Origin: an uncultured delta proteobacterium
Lineage (GTDB): Bacteria; Desulfobacterota; Binatia; Bin18
DNA length: 64,000 nucleotides
Assembly (NCBI GenBank): GCA_963733195.1
Contig: CAVTCR010000022.1
Coordinates: 1-64,000, forward strand
Reading direction: 5' to 3'
Of the stretch, positions 63,385 through 64,000 are shown one piece after another (position 1 is the first letter of the stretch; each line of letters begins with the position of its first letter). A program made the translations under genes and the position numbers. A model generated the notes under the pieces. The model was not told where the DNA came from, did not search any database, and saw nothing but the letters and a program-made list of their open reading frames with translations.

Positions 63385-63436
63385 CGAGAACGGTGTTGAA
63401 GCATTTCTCAACAACATCATTCATGGTCGGGTTACT

Positions 63437-63784
63437 TTAAGCGTCCCGCGCTTCATGTATTTCTGGTATCTGCTTCAGCGCCTGGGCAAAGTGTTCTGCT
63501 GTTTCGTGATGATCCGTGTTGTCCAAGAACGCCTGCCACGCTTTCTTATGGGTCTTGAGAAACGCCTCCCCTTTCGGAGTGAGTTGAAATGGCGGACGCC
63601 CGACTCCGGAGCAAATAAGGTCTCTGCGCCACAGCGCGTTGGTCGCTTCGCCGACCCCTGCCTTGCCACGCACGTCGCCCCAATACCAGCCCGAAGTGTG
63701 TGAGTCTGTCTGCACGGCTTGGAGGACTTCTAAGCAGTACAGTGTTTTTCCGATATCCATCTCCACAGGTTGTTGATTCATCAT
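63437..63784 (-). CDS. Hypothetical small protein, paralog of 58034-58384
   Basis: RBS aaagga; long identical blocks such as GWYWGDVRGKA and GEAFLKTHKKAWQAFLD. Confidence 0.8.
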   Translation of the reverse strand: MMNQQPVEMDIGKTLYCLEVLQAVQTDSHTSGWYWGDVRGKAGVGEATNALWRRDLICSGVGRPPFQLTPKGEAFLKTHKKAWQAFLDNTDHHETAEHFAQALKQIPEIHEARDA

Positions 63785-64000
63785 AGATCCTTTCTGTTCA
63801 CGCGGTGTGAGTACACCTACGTGGGGTTAATAGTGTTATTGCTGACCGCTTCCTTGGGAACGAGGCGATACAGCGGGACTCTGGGACATTATATTAAAGG
63901 TGTTTCTCTTTTTTCGGCTAGGCGTTGCGCCCATTCACGATCGTGGTGCGGCAGTTCGGTCGCCCACTTGAACTCCTGCTCCCCCGCCCATTCGGCCCAG

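Overview
Bacterial chromosomal window, roughly 55-60% GC by eye. The gene set (expanded cyclase-STAND-TPR family, DUF1329, many CaiB CoA-transferases) resembles Ca. Binatia or Entotheonella-like organisms; this is inference only. Scattered single-base frameshifts cluster in multicopy gene families, suggesting an imperfectly polished long-read or MAG assembly. Order of contents: (1) two tandem class III cyclase-AAA(STAND)-TPR genes, with a third copy at 37.4-40.9 kb; (2) a catabolic cluster with a xanthine-oxidase-family Mo-hydroxylase (L-M-S), three CaiB CoA-transferases, a KynB-like cyclase and DUF169; (3) a bioF-bioA'-IS-'bioD-bioB cluster broken by an IS5-like element, preceded by a CADD-type diiron oxidase; (4) lipid/CoA metabolism genes and two TA loci; (5) a 45-64 kb mosaic, stress-type region with hflKC, a cheB-cheR-PAS kinase, a B12 radical SAM, an atypical dps, DUF937, an RRM protein, ftsH and two paralogous unknown wHTH-like proteins. 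The most notable signal is a ~69-bp promoter/operator module present four times. It has two direct repeats 20 bp apart and a fixed 18-bp spacer to a -10 box. Each copy lies upstream of a minus-strand gene, and one sits just downstream of a truncated AraC gene, suggesting an undescribed AraC-type regulon. Several MITE/REP families are also present, one inserted in-frame in a protein. No rRNA, tRNA or CRISPR array was seen.
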